NCBI GenBank assembly: GCA_964016885.1
Contig: OZ024741.1
Coordinates: 305,040,001 to 305,104,000, forward strand
DNA length: 64,000 bases
DNA from: Eledone cirrhosa
Taxonomy: Eukaryota
Direction: 5' to 3'
This document shows positions 25,808 to 38,881 of the stretch, piece by piece; position 1 is the first letter of the stretch; each line of letters begins with the position of its first letter. The translations under genes were made by a program, and so were the position numbers. The notes beneath the pieces were generated by a model. The model did not search any database, was not told the origin of the DNA, and worked only from the letters and a program-made list of their open reading frames with translations.

Positions 25808-27029
25808 ATATTTATTCTATATATTTTATTTATACAATGAACTTAATAGTCTTCCTTTTAATCTCAATTGTAGTTAATTTATGAGAGGTCTGATTTGGAA
25901 TGTCTGCCTATGTGACTATCTATCTAAAAAAAATAAATGGGGAGGAGTCATAAAGGTGCTGTCCTGGCAAAACCCATCTCTCACCAGGTTGATTTCTTTT
26001 AGAGAGAGGTGAAAAGAAGGATACACCCCAATATGGGATTAGTACTTTATTTATCAACCTCGAAAGGCAAAGTTGACCTTGGGGGTTTGAGTTCAGTGTA
26101 GTGAACCAGAACAAATTTTGAGGCAGAGCCCTAACCACTCTGCCAATTTGCCATCTTTTAGGTATCTACATCTACTTTACATTTTACAGCTTATTCAATC
26201 TTGACCCTTCCCAATCTCTATTTAGCTATCACTCCTTTCCTTTCCTCACTCTCTTCCTGTTTCTTTCTCTCTACCTATATATCTATCTCCCACTCACTCT
26301 TTCTCTTTATCTATGTCCATCTCTATCTTTCCCCCCTCTCTCCCTCCCTCAATGTCTCTTCCCCTACTCTCTCTAGCGCTCTATCCCCAGACTGATAACA
26401 CTGGATAAATTATCTGCTAGAATATGTTGGAGAAGATGGCTTGTCCGGGTGAAAAGGAGGAGTTGGCATTGGTGGTAGTGTTGTTGTTGGTGATGGCTGT
26501 AAAAGTGGTGTTAGTGATTGTGCTGTGCCAGATCAAAACCGATCTCCATTGATTTCAACAAGATACATTGGATTCAACAAGATACATCATCACATCTGCA
26601 TTCATAAAGGTGTATAGGAATACATATACAGTATGTTTATATATAATAAACATACATATAGTCTCACTATGACTATTTTAAGCTGTGATCATATCAGTGT
26701 TACTCACTATCCATGTAAGATCGTCTATATATTTCCTGTCAGATATGTGTATGTGTGCATTTTTCCTTCTGTCCAAACTAACCTAAACTTGTTCTTTTAA
26801 AGATACTCACACTTTCTATTCTGATATTATGCTCTTACATTCCTTAAATCTTCTGCACATATAGTTTCAGTCATCCACATGTTTTGTAAACCTGTCACAC
26901 ACCATCACACCAGATTAACACTGTTTCCATAGGCAGAGATATTGGAAACATTTTCTCTAAAGGTGACATTTGATAACTTGTTTTTTTTTTCATTTTCTTT
27001 TTTCTTAAGAACAATGTTTTCTCCTGCAG

Positions 27030-27193
27030 ATATTTTTTGCTAGCTGATGGTGCTAATCTAAGCACACATTCCTATGATGGAAGGCTGCTAAGCCCAATAA
27101 AATTTCCTGGACTAAAGTCAGAGCTATTGACCAATTTCACTGTATCACTAAGTAATGGCACACTAGCTGTTAGATCTAAAAATTATGAGAAAG
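27030..27193 (+). CDS. IFT80: Internal coding exon of intraflagellar transport protein 80 homolog
   Basis: ttttctcctgcAG acceptor and AG|GTAAGA donor. The 164 nt read YFLLADGANLSTHSYDGRLLSPIKFPGLKSELLTNFTVSLSNGTLAVRSKNYEK, colinear with vertebrate IFT80 as I recall it ([54 protein letters not shown]). Confidence 0.88.
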
Positions 27194-28690
27194 GTAAGAT
27201 TTAATTCTTATTAGTTTTTTTGAAAACATCTTCTTATTTATGTTGTGATTGGTTTCTTGTTTCAGTTATAAAGTTAGTTACCCTCTTTCATAATTTATTG
27301 TGAGAGGTACAGAGTTCGATTCCCAGTAGCTGTACAGAATTTGAATTCTCTGTAGAGGCTGCTGGCCACTTTTTTCTGTCTATAGGGGTATTTTACCCAA
27401 TTTTCTAAGCTATTATTTATAGCAAAATAAAGGTGTGAAAGTATGTGGCTTAGTTGTTCTTGCTGGTGTTGTAGGGGGTGCTGTTGTGACATACGTTGTA
27501 TCTCAACCATGGACCCATAACTCTTGCTGGCATTGTAGGGGGCAGTGTTGTGACATACAGTGTGTCTCAGGCATTTTTAAAACCAAGTGGAGTCCATCCC
27601 CCCTTTGGATTTGATTGAACACAGCTGATTTTTTCCAGTGAAGGAAAATGGAGTGGGGAGCAAAGAGAAAGAGAAAATAAGAAAGATCTATATAAAGTGG
27701 AAGAGTCGACCCCAGTAGTGAACTGGTACTGGTGTTGAACTGGTTTGTATAAACAATTATTAAAGACATTCTGTTTATCTCCATAATGACTAAGTTTTCT
27801 AACATTTACAAGTGACGTTGTAGGCTCAGGAAGTATATAACTTATTCAAATATTATTTTACTTTTTATTTTATTTTATTTCATTAGATTTAAAAATTTTA
27901 TTTCCCCCGCCATTGACAGGTCTTGTTTTTCATCCTGCAGTGTCCAAAATCCCCCTCCTCACCAAGCAAGCTTGGTGGGGTAGCCGATTAAGACACCAAC
28001 GACCTGACAAAGCACAGGTTATCCTGTCAGTATACACTTACTATGAGATGCTGAGGTAACAGAAACATAAAGCTACTTAGCTACTTATATAGGTTTCATA
28101 AATATTCTATTTTTGATGGTAGCTCATTTACATATAGTGCAGGCTTGATGAACTATTAATTAGCAAAGACATTAACACAGAGTAGTCGAGAATATGGCAT
28201 ATATATGGATACGTATACAATATGTTTATGTGTAATAAACATGTACTAACTCTGTTGTAAGGTGAGGGAAGTTTAGGGCTTTAACAAGATAACATTACAA
28301 CAGTGCTGATTCCATCAGCCTTGTTGCTATGCAACTATTCCCACTTTAATATTACTACATCAATCACCATTCCCAGAGTTAGCACCAAAATATTTAGTGC
28401 CTTAGGCTGGCTCTACAATCTGCACCCCATTCTCCCAAATAAAATAATTTCAATTTGCAGGTTAGTAAGCTGACAAATCTAGTTTTGAAACTTGCTGCTC
28501 TAATTACACAGCCTGCATTTCCCCCTACACAGTCCACACTCACCCATGCCAAATCATGTGACAAGTGATAACAACATATAACCATCTCTATCAATTTGGA
28601 TATTTCCACAATGTTGCTATGTGGCAAAGATCTTTAACAATTTATGTATTAGAAGTGTGCATCATAGGCAGCTGCTCAGTTGGTCAAAAT

Positions 28691-29191
28691 CAGAGGTTCT
28701 CAAACCTTTTGGCCCACCACACCCCTCTTGGCCATGTAATACCCTCAGCACCCCCAACCCTATTTCCAGAGAGACCTGCCTACACGTAAATTGTAAATAA
28801 TATATAATAAATAAAATCGTTAATTTATATATAATAAATAATTGTTTCTACTTTAAGCACAAGGCCAGCAATTTCCCAGTACATTACTGGTACTTTATTT
28901 TATCGACCCCGTAAGGATGAAAGGCAAAGTTGACCTCGGCGGGACTTGAACTCAGACTGTAAAGGGACGTAACTATGCTAGAAAGCATGGCGTCCAACCC
29001 TCTACCGATACTGCCAAAATAATATAATATATACTATGTTATAAATAAATATATATTTTTTATCTTACTATATTTATATATAATATGTATCATTTGTTGA
29101 TATTTAATATACAATTATATCATCTCTATCACCCCCTTAGGCCCCAGTGCCCCTTGAACCTTCTCACCCCCCCTCACTTTGAAAACCTCTG
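28691..29191. mobile_element. hAT MITE containing a SINE (28840-29018, - strand)
   Basis: TIRs cagaggttctcaaa / tttgaaaacctctg; same family as 60657-60798 and the right end at 36645-36752. Confidence 0.8.
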
Positions 29192-29514
29192 ACCTAAATG
29201 GTAGTACTGGTCCTGACCACACCCTCATTGTTATTACTCATTTTCTTGAAGCACAGATAAGTTGAGAGGCAATAGATAAATAAATGTAGCGAACAAGAGA
29301 AAAGAATTTGCTGGTATGGACATGTGTTGTATATGGATGGTGGTTGTTAGGATATAGTTCTACAGGCTGAAGTATCAGTCAACAGTTTGTAACATTTTAA
29401 CACTGGAAATGCACTGTGTCGTCTCTAACAAGCATCATTCATGCTAAGTCAAGTCAATCTATTTGAGAAATAGGTCCAACATGAGGTGGAATGGGGGTAC
29501 AGAACACTCTATTG

Positions 29515-29682
29515 CAGGGTTTTCCAAACTTTTTCAGATGCGGAACCCTTTTTGGTTCAGAAACTTTTGGGAGAACCCCAAAGTCTAATACTATTATATG
29601 GTTGTAATATAAATATAATCCTCTACCTTTTTTTCACAGAACTCCAGACACTCCTTTGCAGAACACACTTTGGGAACCACTG
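29515..29682. mobile_element. hAT MITE with perfect 8-bp TSD
   Basis: ctctattg|cagggttttccaaa ... tttgggaaccactg|ctctattg. Confidence 0.9.
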
Positions 29683-29919
29683 CTCTATTGTAATCAACAT
29701 TGAACAGTGTATGTCTGATGGAGTTTGTCTGTAATACTACTCACATATTTCTTGTACAAGCAAAATGTCTTAGCATTGCACTGTAACATTGCCTCACACA
29801 CTTCCAAAGATTGTTGGAGAAGAACAGGGTACCACTCCAGTAGAAGCAAAATGGTAAAGTGGAAATAATATTGATTCCGAACTCAAATGTCATGAGTTCA
29901 AATTTCTATTTGGGAGTTG

Positions 29920-30380
29920 GAGCAGTGTGGTATCATAATAAAATGCACCCAATATACTCTGTAAAGTGATAGTGCTGGTGTGCAATATGTAAGTGGTAGT
30001 GTTGGTGTCACGATAAAATACACCCAGTACACTCTGTAAAGTGGCAGTGTTGGTGCCATGTTAAAATACACTCAGGACACTCTGCAAAATAGTAGTGCTG
30101 GTGTTATGATAAAATTCTCCCAATACACTTTATTAGTGGTAATGCTGGTGCATAATAAAATGACCCCAGTACACTCTGTAAAATGTGTGTTGGTGCCATG
30201 ATAAAATGCACCCAGTACACGCTGTATATTGGTTTGCATTAAAAAAGGCACTCAGATGCAGAAATCATGTCAAAATATGGAATATATGAGCAAGATGTGG
30301 TTTCTCTGACTCATCTAATTTTGTACCATGATGACCCAGCCAACTCATGCCAGTATTGAAAGTGGGTGTAAAATGATGAT
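29920..30380 (+). repeat. Tandem array (about 7 copies of ~46 bp) running into an RTE-like 3' UTR end
   Basis: gtgYtggtgccatgataaaatgcacccagtacactctgtaaagtg repeated, then ...catgccagtattgaaagtgggtgtaaaatgatgat. Confidence 0.8.
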
Positions 30381-30602
30381 TACTTAATTTTATTTGCCCA
30401 GTTGTTGAGAATATGTAAAAGTTTCTCTGGTAATGTTATTTGAACTACACAAGTCTCCTCTGGGGGAGAACATCAGTCTATCACCCTCCACTTACTCTTG
30501 GGTGGTCACAAATAATTGCGTCTTGACCCACCCCACCACCCCCACCAGTTATTAATTTTTCAGGATGATGATGATGGCAATGATGGAGGTGGTGGTGGTG
30601 AT

Positions 30603-31073
30603 CATCATCATCATCATCATCATTTTACGTCCGCTTTTCCCTGCTTGCAAGGGTGGGACGGGTCTTATTCAGCACAGCATCTCTCCACTCGTCACGGTCC
30701 CTCGTCATCTCCACCGTGAGCTTCAATGATCTGAGGTCTGTTCTCACCACCTCCGCCCATGTTTTTCGTAGTCTACCTCTACCACGTCTTCCTTCAACTG
30801 GCATTTCCTGGCACTTCTTCACCCATCGGTCATCCTCCATGCGCATCACATGTCCATACCACCTCAGTTTCCTCTCCCGTACACTACATTCTATCCCTCT
30901 CAGACACAGTTTCTCTCTCAACACATTTATGCTGGGTCGTTCACGCACATTTACACTGCACATCCAACGGAGCATGCTTGCCTCATTTCTCTCCAGCCGT
31001 CGCATATCCTCTGCGGTTGCTGCCCATGTCTCACTACCATGCAGCATCGCGCTCCTCACACAGGCATCATACA
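30603..31073 (-). mobile_element. RTE 3'-terminal ~470-bp fragment
   Basis: Intact YDACVRSAMLHGSETW...RLRWYGHV...REKRT frame, (GAT)n tail, possible TSD tggtgat. Confidence 0.93.
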
Positions 31074-32029
31074 TGGTGATTGTGATAATGGTGATGAGCA
31101 TGATGATGATGCTTTAATGACAGTTAATTTGCATTGACATTAATAATTGTTCTTTGAGTTATAGGAACAGGCCAACATTGTAGAAATCTAAAGCAGGTCT
31201 ATTAGGTCACACCATTGAAAAAAATGTGGATTTTATGTCACATACAATGAATAAATAGAATACCATTGTTTTATACAATCTAATCCCAATCCAAATACCA
31301 CCACTAAAAATGTGTTTTCTTGTTTATAATCAGTTATGATAGATAAACTTTGGTACTTAAACATCACAGCTATTCAATTATTTATAGAATGGAATTAAAA
31401 TATATTAACAACAACATATCAAATTTAGACTTTTTTTAGATACTCTAATAGATGTAAATAGAACAGTTAAGGTCATCCTGTTTAGTCAGGGAAGGAAGAG
31501 CTGAGCCCATAACCCTGTTTAAGGGCTTTTGAGATAAGTGGGAGGTAGAAAGGTAGAGAGAAAGGTACCCTCAAACCAGAGAACTGGCCTAAATGCTTGT
31601 AACAGAGTAAACTCTGCTTGAGACACCCAAGAGCTAGATGTTGTTGTTAACTTGTGGGACTGATTAAGTCTATCATCCAAGTAGGCCACAGCAAGATTTG
31701 AATCAGAATGAAAAAAACCCAGAACTAGTTATGTTGAGGATCATTGTGCTTCAAAACTTTTACACTGAGTGTAATTTTTATCATCTCTTTATTCAGCATT
31801 TCACTGTTCCTCTGTTGACATTTTGATTGCTAGACATCAAGTTGTCTCCTGCAGCATTAGCTATTTAGCACTTTTTGTATGCGTCCTGCTGTACCAAGCA
31901 AACTAGGTCTTCTTTAGGGTCAGAAAATTCACCTCTATATCCAACAGCTTCAACCAACCACTCAAACTTCCAGCCACTGTCCCTAATAATAACAACATTA
32001 TCATTATTATTGAATGAACTGACCAGTTT

Positions 32030-32220
32030 ATGTTGGAGGATTTCCAGCCTGGGGACTATGGATAATTTCCAGAATGCCCCAGCCTGACAGGTCTACTGAG
32101 TAACACTGCTGGCTTATGCAAATTCTACAGACATGAAAGTGCTGTCAGACGGGCTTGTTCAAGATGTGTGCAAAGTGATGAAACCATTTTGCATGCACTT
32201 GCCCAATGTCTGTGTACGGC
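32030..32220 (+). mobile_element. L1/Tx1-type LINE fragment (zf-RVT)
   Basis: 32120-32209 translates KFYRHESAVRRACSRCVQSDETILHALAQC (CxxC...ETxxHxxxxC). Confidence 0.6.
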
Positions 32221-32838
32221 TGTCTTTCATATAACGTGGTGTTGAAGATATGCATGAAGTGTAGAAATATATAATTTATAATTTAAATAAGCTTCAAAGA
32301 ATGCATGCTGTGTTAGTCAATACTGTTTGAGACTGTTTTCAATTCAGGTAGGTGCCACATCTTTCAAATATCTATCTCTAGGTCTTTGTATTTGCTTAGA
32401 TTTAAAAATTCTTTTATTAACATGTTTTTATTTACAGGAATGTTCATATCAATACCATTTCTAAAGCCTACTGTGCCATTTGTTTATGTCCCCATAAATA
32501 ATACATCCTCTATCATAGCAGTTTAACAAACATAAGTGGTATATATATAAAAAAAACTTTTACCACTGTCACTTGCAATTGAATATGATTTAGTAATGTG
32601 TACCATTTCAGGAGCAGACACAGACACCCTGTCAAACCCCGCTTCCCTAGATCTAACAAAACATCCAGTATATGGCAACTGGAAAGAGAGAGGACTGCAT
32701 CACCATTACGCTGGTTGGTACATTTTTTATCAACCTCGAAAGGATGAAAGGTAAGATTTGAAATCAGAATGCAGAGACTGGAAACAAATATCAGATGTTC
32801 TAATAACTCTGACAAATTGGCTGCATTAGTAGTATGTA

Positions 32839-33213
32839 CAGTGTACCCCCCCCTCCCCACTCTCCTCGGCATTCGCAGTCCCAGCATTCGCAGTCTTGGT
32901 ATTCAAGGTCCCGGTTATTCACAGAATTTTCCTTAGAACCAAACTAATAATTGTATGTGGAAACCACTGCATATTCGTGGAATCGTAAATATCTTCTGTG
33001 ATCTTTTAATAGCTTTTTTCGTGGCAATATATATTTTTTCACGCTTTTTAACACTAAATTATTAATAACAATATATTTGCCGGCCTATATTTTACATTAT
33101 GTTTTGATGATTATAGACATTTTTATGAACCATGTCCGATATTCATGGTTTTTCACTCTTCGCGGTTGCTCTAGGAACATAACCCCTACAAATACCCGGG
33201 AGGGGGGCAACTG
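32839..33213. mobile_element. pogo/Tigger-like MITE
   Basis: TA|cagtgtacccccc ... ggggggcaactg|TA with subterminal attcgc repeats. Confidence 0.7.
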
Positions 33214-33804
33214 TACACCATACTTAGAATAGAAAACCTGCTAGAAAAAAAAATTCTTATCCAATAGAAGCATGTAAAAAACAAATGATGATGATGATCA
33301 TACACATGCACAGGCTTACATCAAAAGAAGGTGATGAGTCAAATAAGTTGTCAGCTATAAAAACAGATGTCATCATACCCTATGACATGTATAGTGAGCT
33401 TACTGTATTATTAACATTGTTGATACAATAATCTATAAACACGCGTCCTCCCAAAACACACACACACACTCCACAGGAGGTCTATATCCATTCACCTATT
33501 TTAGTATGGGTTTGATTGTTATTTAGATCTATATCAAATCACTGGGACCAGGGATGAAGTGAACATACAAGGTGGGCCATAATTAGTTTACTGATTCCCA
33601 AAAGAAAACTATTTCTGTATGTTAGAAGAGGGACTAAAAGGGTTGGCACAAGGAAGGGCATCCAACTGTAAAACATTAGCTCAAAAAGGACCCTATGATG
33701 AGTATGAAGTTTGTCAAGGGATTTGCACTGCTAAACCCTGTTTTAGTAGGGAAACTAGCCTTAAAACGCTTGTAGTGTATTACAATGAAAGATAACAACA
33801 AAGT

Positions 33805-34975
33805 CAACATGACAAAGACTAAGGTCCTTGTAAACAGACGAGAAAACAGAACCCAGATCCCCTCAGGGAAATGGCCTTGCTCAGTATGTAGGAAAGGTGT
33901 AGGTAGGAACTCCATTCTCTGCCCCAAATGCAAACAATGGGTACACAAGAGATGTAGCGGGATCTCAGGAAGCTTAATTAAGAATGTAGGCTTCACATGC
34001 AGCAGCTGTACTGGGACAGCAAGCAGCAAACAGCCACAGGAAACAAGTACCACCAATCTCTGGGAGGGCTCTGTAGAGACAGTAGACAGCTTCTGCTACC
34101 TAGGTGACCGAATTAGCAGCAGAGGTGGGTGTTCAGAAAGTACAATAACTAGGGTAAGAACGGGATGGAAGAAGTTCAGGGAACTACTACCACTGCTAGC
34201 TACAAAAGGCTTCTCCCTCAAAATGAAAGGCAGACCGTATGATGCGTGTATCCGAACAGCAATGTTACATGGTAATGAGACCTGGGCGCTGAAGGTGGAA
34301 GACTTACGTAGATTAGAGAGAAACGAAGCCTGCATGCTCCGATGGATGTGTAATAGTAATATACGTGAACGACAAAGCATAAATGAATTGAGAGAGAGAG
34401 ACTGAGCATAAGAGGAATCAAATGCTGTGTGCAGGAGAGGCGGTTGCGCTGGTATGGACATGTGATGCATATGAAGGATGACAGCTGCATAAAAAGGTGC
34501 AGAGCACTAGAAGTCGATGGAAACCGCGGAGTGGGGAGACCCAAGATGACCTGGGATGAGGTGATAAAAGCTGACCTTACCCAATTACACCTCTCAAAGG
34601 CAATGACGCACGACCGTGACCTCTGGCATCACGCGGTAATACAGAGTACTCGACCTCCCATGGGTACAAGCTGAAGCATATAGACAATATGCCCCCACAC
34701 CCTCCCACTGCAAGGTGGTCGTGGAGGTGCCATGGCAAAAAAGCACCCAGCCCACACTGTAAAGTGGACGTGTAGGCGCCAAGAAAAAGCACCCAGCACT
34801 CACTGTAAATGAGGTTGGTGTTAGGAAGGGCATCCAGCTGTAGAAATCAAGCCAAATCAGTTCCTGTATGAGCAAGGCATGGTCAGCCGACCAGACACTG
34901 CCCTCAACAGGACAACCCATCTAACCCATGCTAGCGTGGAAGAATGGACGTAAAACGATGATGATGAAGATGATG
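33805..34975 (+). mobile_element. RTE LINE 3' part (PHD finger, end of RT, C-terminus, 3' UTR)
   Basis: KTKVL...GKWPCSVCRKG...FCYLGD...RLRWYGHV; frameshift near 34400; (GAT)n tail. Confidence 0.93.
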
Positions 34976-35024
34976 AAACTATATATAAATAAATATCATA
35001 TATTTTTTTTATTTTACTATATAT

Positions 35025-36610
35025 ATAAAGCTCGTCTCTATAATCATCATTCATCTTTTAAATACAAACTTAAAAGAACCAACACGGCTCTCTCAGAACT
35101 CATATGGTCCTTGAAAGACAAAAACATTAAATATACCATCTTTTGGAAGAAGGTTTCTTCTGCGTCCTCATACTTGAACATCGCTCTATCTAAAATCTGT
35201 AATCTCTGCCTAAATGAAAAATTTACCATTATCTCTAATCTAGATTCTATAATAAATAGACGTACAGATTTGTTTTCTATCTGCCTGCATAAATTCCATA
35301 GGACTTTTCACAAAGTATACAGCTAATATTCAATTCTTTATCAATTTAGAATCTTTTCTCAAAGGCACATATACATACACCTCTTTAAAATATACCCATC
35401 TTCCTACCTTACTTCAAAGGGCATTATACACTCTATAATACTTGTTTACTCATTACCCTCACTCTATCTTCACCTTGTAAATTCCTTCGTAACATATACA
35501 TTTGTTTTTTTGACGTTAGAATATTCATCCGCAATTATTATTATTTTTTCTCTTCATCATCAAACTTTTTAATCTTAATACATTAACTCCCTCTCCTTCT
35601 TTTGACGCTAGAATATTCATCCTTAATAATATATTTTTTTCTTCCCATCAACTAACTCATTCTTAATACATATTAACTCTTTCTTCGCACAAATTATCAA
35701 TTCCTTCAATATAAAAACCTTAACTTCACATTATTTTTCTCAAATCATCTAATACACAAACCTTAATAATTTTAATACATATTAACTCTTTCTTCGCACA
35801 TATTATCAATTCCTTCAATATACAAACTTTAACTTCAACACACAAACCTTAATAATTTTTTTCTCTTTGTTAATTTTGAAATTGCCATAATACTTATAAA
35901 CATACACCTTTTTGACGTTAGAATATTCATCCGCAATTATTATTTTTTCTCTCTATCTTCAAACTTTTAATCTCAATACATATCAACTCCCTCTCTTTCC
36001 CTTCGTTAATTTTCAAATTCTTTTAATTTATACATTATCTTCCAACGGTTCTCAACCTCTCTATGTAAAACAATATATATTTTCTCAGTTATAAAATCTA
36101 TCGCTTTCTCTCTATCACCCATCTCTCCCTCTCCACCTTCACTCTCATCTCCTCCCCTTTTTTCATCCTTTCCACCCCCCCCTCTCTAAATAAAATATTT
36201 TTTCCTCGTACATATTTTTCCCTTCGTTAATTTTCAAATTCTTTTAATTTATACATTATCTTCCAACGGCTTTCAACCTCTCTATGTAAAACAATATATC
36301 TTCTCTCAGTTATAAAAACTATCTCTTTCTCTCTATCACCCATCTCTCCCTCTCCACCTTCACTCTCATCTCCTCCCCTTTTTTCACCCCCCCCTCTCTA
36401 AATAAAATATTTTTCCCAATATCACACATCAATCTAAAACTACTTTTCATATGTTGATTTAAAACTGCACTATCCACAAGTGATTTTAGCCTTCATATCA
36501 TGTTCTCCTGTTTTATCTGATGAAAACACAAATATTATTGCATGATGATGTTTGTTTTTGAAATGCGCATAATAAAATACATGGAACTCCTTTAACCATC
36601 TTTTGATCTT
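35025..36610 (+). mobile_element. Penelope-like element 3' part: GIY-YIG C-terminus and long repeat-rich tail with hammerhead
   Basis: KARLYNHHSSF...TALSELIWSLKD...ICNLCLNEK...INRRTDLFSICLHK resembles the PLE GIY-YIG C-terminus; internal duplications (e.g. 35998-36205 / 36219-36415); (TA)n flanks. Confidence 0.75.
36509..36579 (+). ncRNA. Type I hammerhead ribozyme (Penelope-associated)
   Basis: Stem I tgttttat/ataaaata; CUGAUGA 36517-36523; long stem II; GAAA 36560-36563; palindromic stem III UGCGCA; UA at 36570-36571. Confidence 0.8.
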
Positions 36611-36814
36611 ATATATTATATAATATATATATATATATATAATGTGTATCATTTGATATTTAATATACTATTATATCATCTCTAACCCCCAGCACCCCCT
36701 GGACCTTCTCAACACCCCCAGGGAGCAGTAGCACCCACTTTGAGAACCTCTGCTTTAGAGAAAATGAATGTAGTTTGACAAACTTTAAACATAAAGTAAA
36801 AACTAAAAAATTGT

Positions 36815-37110
36815 TATGAACTGGTACTTTAATTTATCAATCTTGAATGAATAGCAAAGTTGTCTTCAGTAGAATTTGAACTCAGCATGCAGAAAGCCGG
36901 GAGAAATACCATACATTATTCTACCTGATTCTCTAATAATTCTGCCAATTTACAGATAGTATAATGTGTTTTATAGGCAGTGAATTGGTAAAGTCATTAG
37001 AAAGTCAGATAGAATGCTTTGCAGTATATGTTTAAACTCTGTGTGATCTTGTAGTTCAACTCCCACAGAGGTCAACTTTGCCTTTCGTCTTTTCGAGGTT
37101 GATGACCAGA
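36815..37110. mobile_element. Inverted (head-to-head) pair of SINEs
   Basis: - copy ctggtacttt...atttgaactcag; + copy ggcagtgaattggt...gaggtcaactttgcctttc. Confidence 0.65.
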
Positions 37111-38068
37111 ATACCTGTCTGATAGTGGAGTCAATTCTTCCTCAATATCTCTTTCTTACTTCTTCGCTCTCTCACTTTCTTTCTCTCCTTCAATGGAAGA
37201 AATTAGTTGTGTTCAGACGTGGAGAGGAGATGGGCTCCATCAGGTTTAAAGTAACCGACACATACTGTATATCATGACAACGCCCTATGATGCCATTAGG
37301 AGTTACAGATTCATACATATATAATGTGCTTTACCTTGTGTGCATATCACCAATACACTTTGTAAATGTATAACGAGGTAGACTTCTTAGTGAACCACTT
37401 TAACTACTCAACTACTGCTTCATGGACCAACAGAAAACAAAGATATGGGAAATTGGAGAAAATTACAGGAAGTATTTTATATTCAGTGATAACGGATTTT
37501 CCATGTCTGCAAGTGTTTATTTAGTTTTAGTCAGCTATTGACAGGTTATACACATTAGTAGTTTAGTCTCATGGACTTTTCAACAGATTCTATTTTCACT
37601 GTTGACTCACTTTAAAATATTTATGCTAAAACTGCGCTAACATTTGATGCAGTGATAAAAACCTCTCATGAAGCATTAACACATTAATTTGTATTGACAG
37701 ATATACTTATACTTTAATGTCTGTTCACTTGCTCACTCATATATGCCACATGCTATAGTCTTCAATATATATATATATCCAGAAGCATTAGTGAACAAAG
37801 GAATAGACATATGCACATATCAAAATGCACAAGAGCATACACATGCATACTAATGTGAATACACTTTCATACATTAATATATATGTATATACATAGTATA
37901 TATAAGTTGGTTGACTGGCACTTGAGTTTCGCCAATGCTAGCTAATCATCCACTCAACAGAGCTATACATATATATAATAAATATGACTATCATAAGTAT
38001 GGAATCACCAAATCAGTAAATGTTTGTTGTCACTTATGTACTTACAACACAACATTAATATATATATA

Positions 38069-38256
38069 GGGCGGTGGATTGGCAGTATCGGTAGAGGGTC
38101 GGACGCCATGCTTTCCAGCATAGTTACGTCCCTTTACGATCTGAGTTCAAATCCCGCCGAGGTTGACTTTGCCTTTCATCCTTACGGGGTCGATAAAATA
38201 AAGTACCAGTAATGCACTGGGTAATTGCTGGCCCTGTGCCTAAAGTAGAAACAATT
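38069..38256 (+). mobile_element. Full-length tRNA-derived SINE (reference copy)
   Basis: A-box-like tggcagtatcgg, B-box gagttcaaatcc, central gcctttcatccttacggggtcgataaaataaagtaccag domain, tail gtgcctaaagtagaaaca; TSD attaatatatatata. Confidence 0.9.
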
Positions 38257-38681
38257 AATATATATATATATACTAGCTGGCCCGTCTAGCTGCCCCCACC
38301 ACCCCACTGCAAAGATACACACACCCTCCTGTGTCACATTGTCCTTCCGACTTCGTAGCAAAGGGGAGGAGCTACTGTAGAAATGAGTTTAAAAAGAAAG
38401 AGTTAAGCTGTGTTGTTAACATACATACATACATTCATATATACGACCATCAGCTTTATAAGTATAGATATATGTGTGTGTGTTTGTGTATGTGTGTGTG
38501 TGTTTGTGTATGTGTGTGTGTGTTTGTGTATGTGTCTGTGTGTTTTGTTTTGATGTTATCCGGCAATTGGCGAAATCAGGTGTGAAAGTATGTGTATTTG
38601 TGTGTGTGTGTGTGTGTGTTACTTATGCGAGCGACGACAGATGAAAGATATACTATGGAAATGAACGTTATTTTTCAATCA

Positions 38682-38881
38682 NNNNNNNNNNNNNNNNNNN
38701 NNNNNNNNNNNNNNNNNNNNNNNNNNNNNNNNNNNNNNNNNNNNNNNNNNNNNNNNNNNNNNNNNNNNNNNNNNNNNNNNNNNNNNNNNNNNNNNNNNNN
38801 NNNNNNNNNNNNNNNNNNNNNNNNNNNNNNNNNNNNNNNNNNNNNNNNNNNNNNNNNNNNNNNNNNNNNNNNNNNNNNNNN
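38682..38881. other. Assembly gap
   Basis: 200 N. Confidence 1.

Noticed and set aside
25630-25884. Poly-Arg ORF
   Set aside because: Translation of an (AGA)n LINE tail.
25920-26138. ORF containing ERWVLPGQHLY, a PH-like strand
   Set aside because: It starts within a SINE and has no splice sites that join it in phase to the 8456 exon.
38069-38165. tRNA gene
   Set aside because: A and B boxes are present but there is no cloverleaf; it is the head of a multi-copy SINE.
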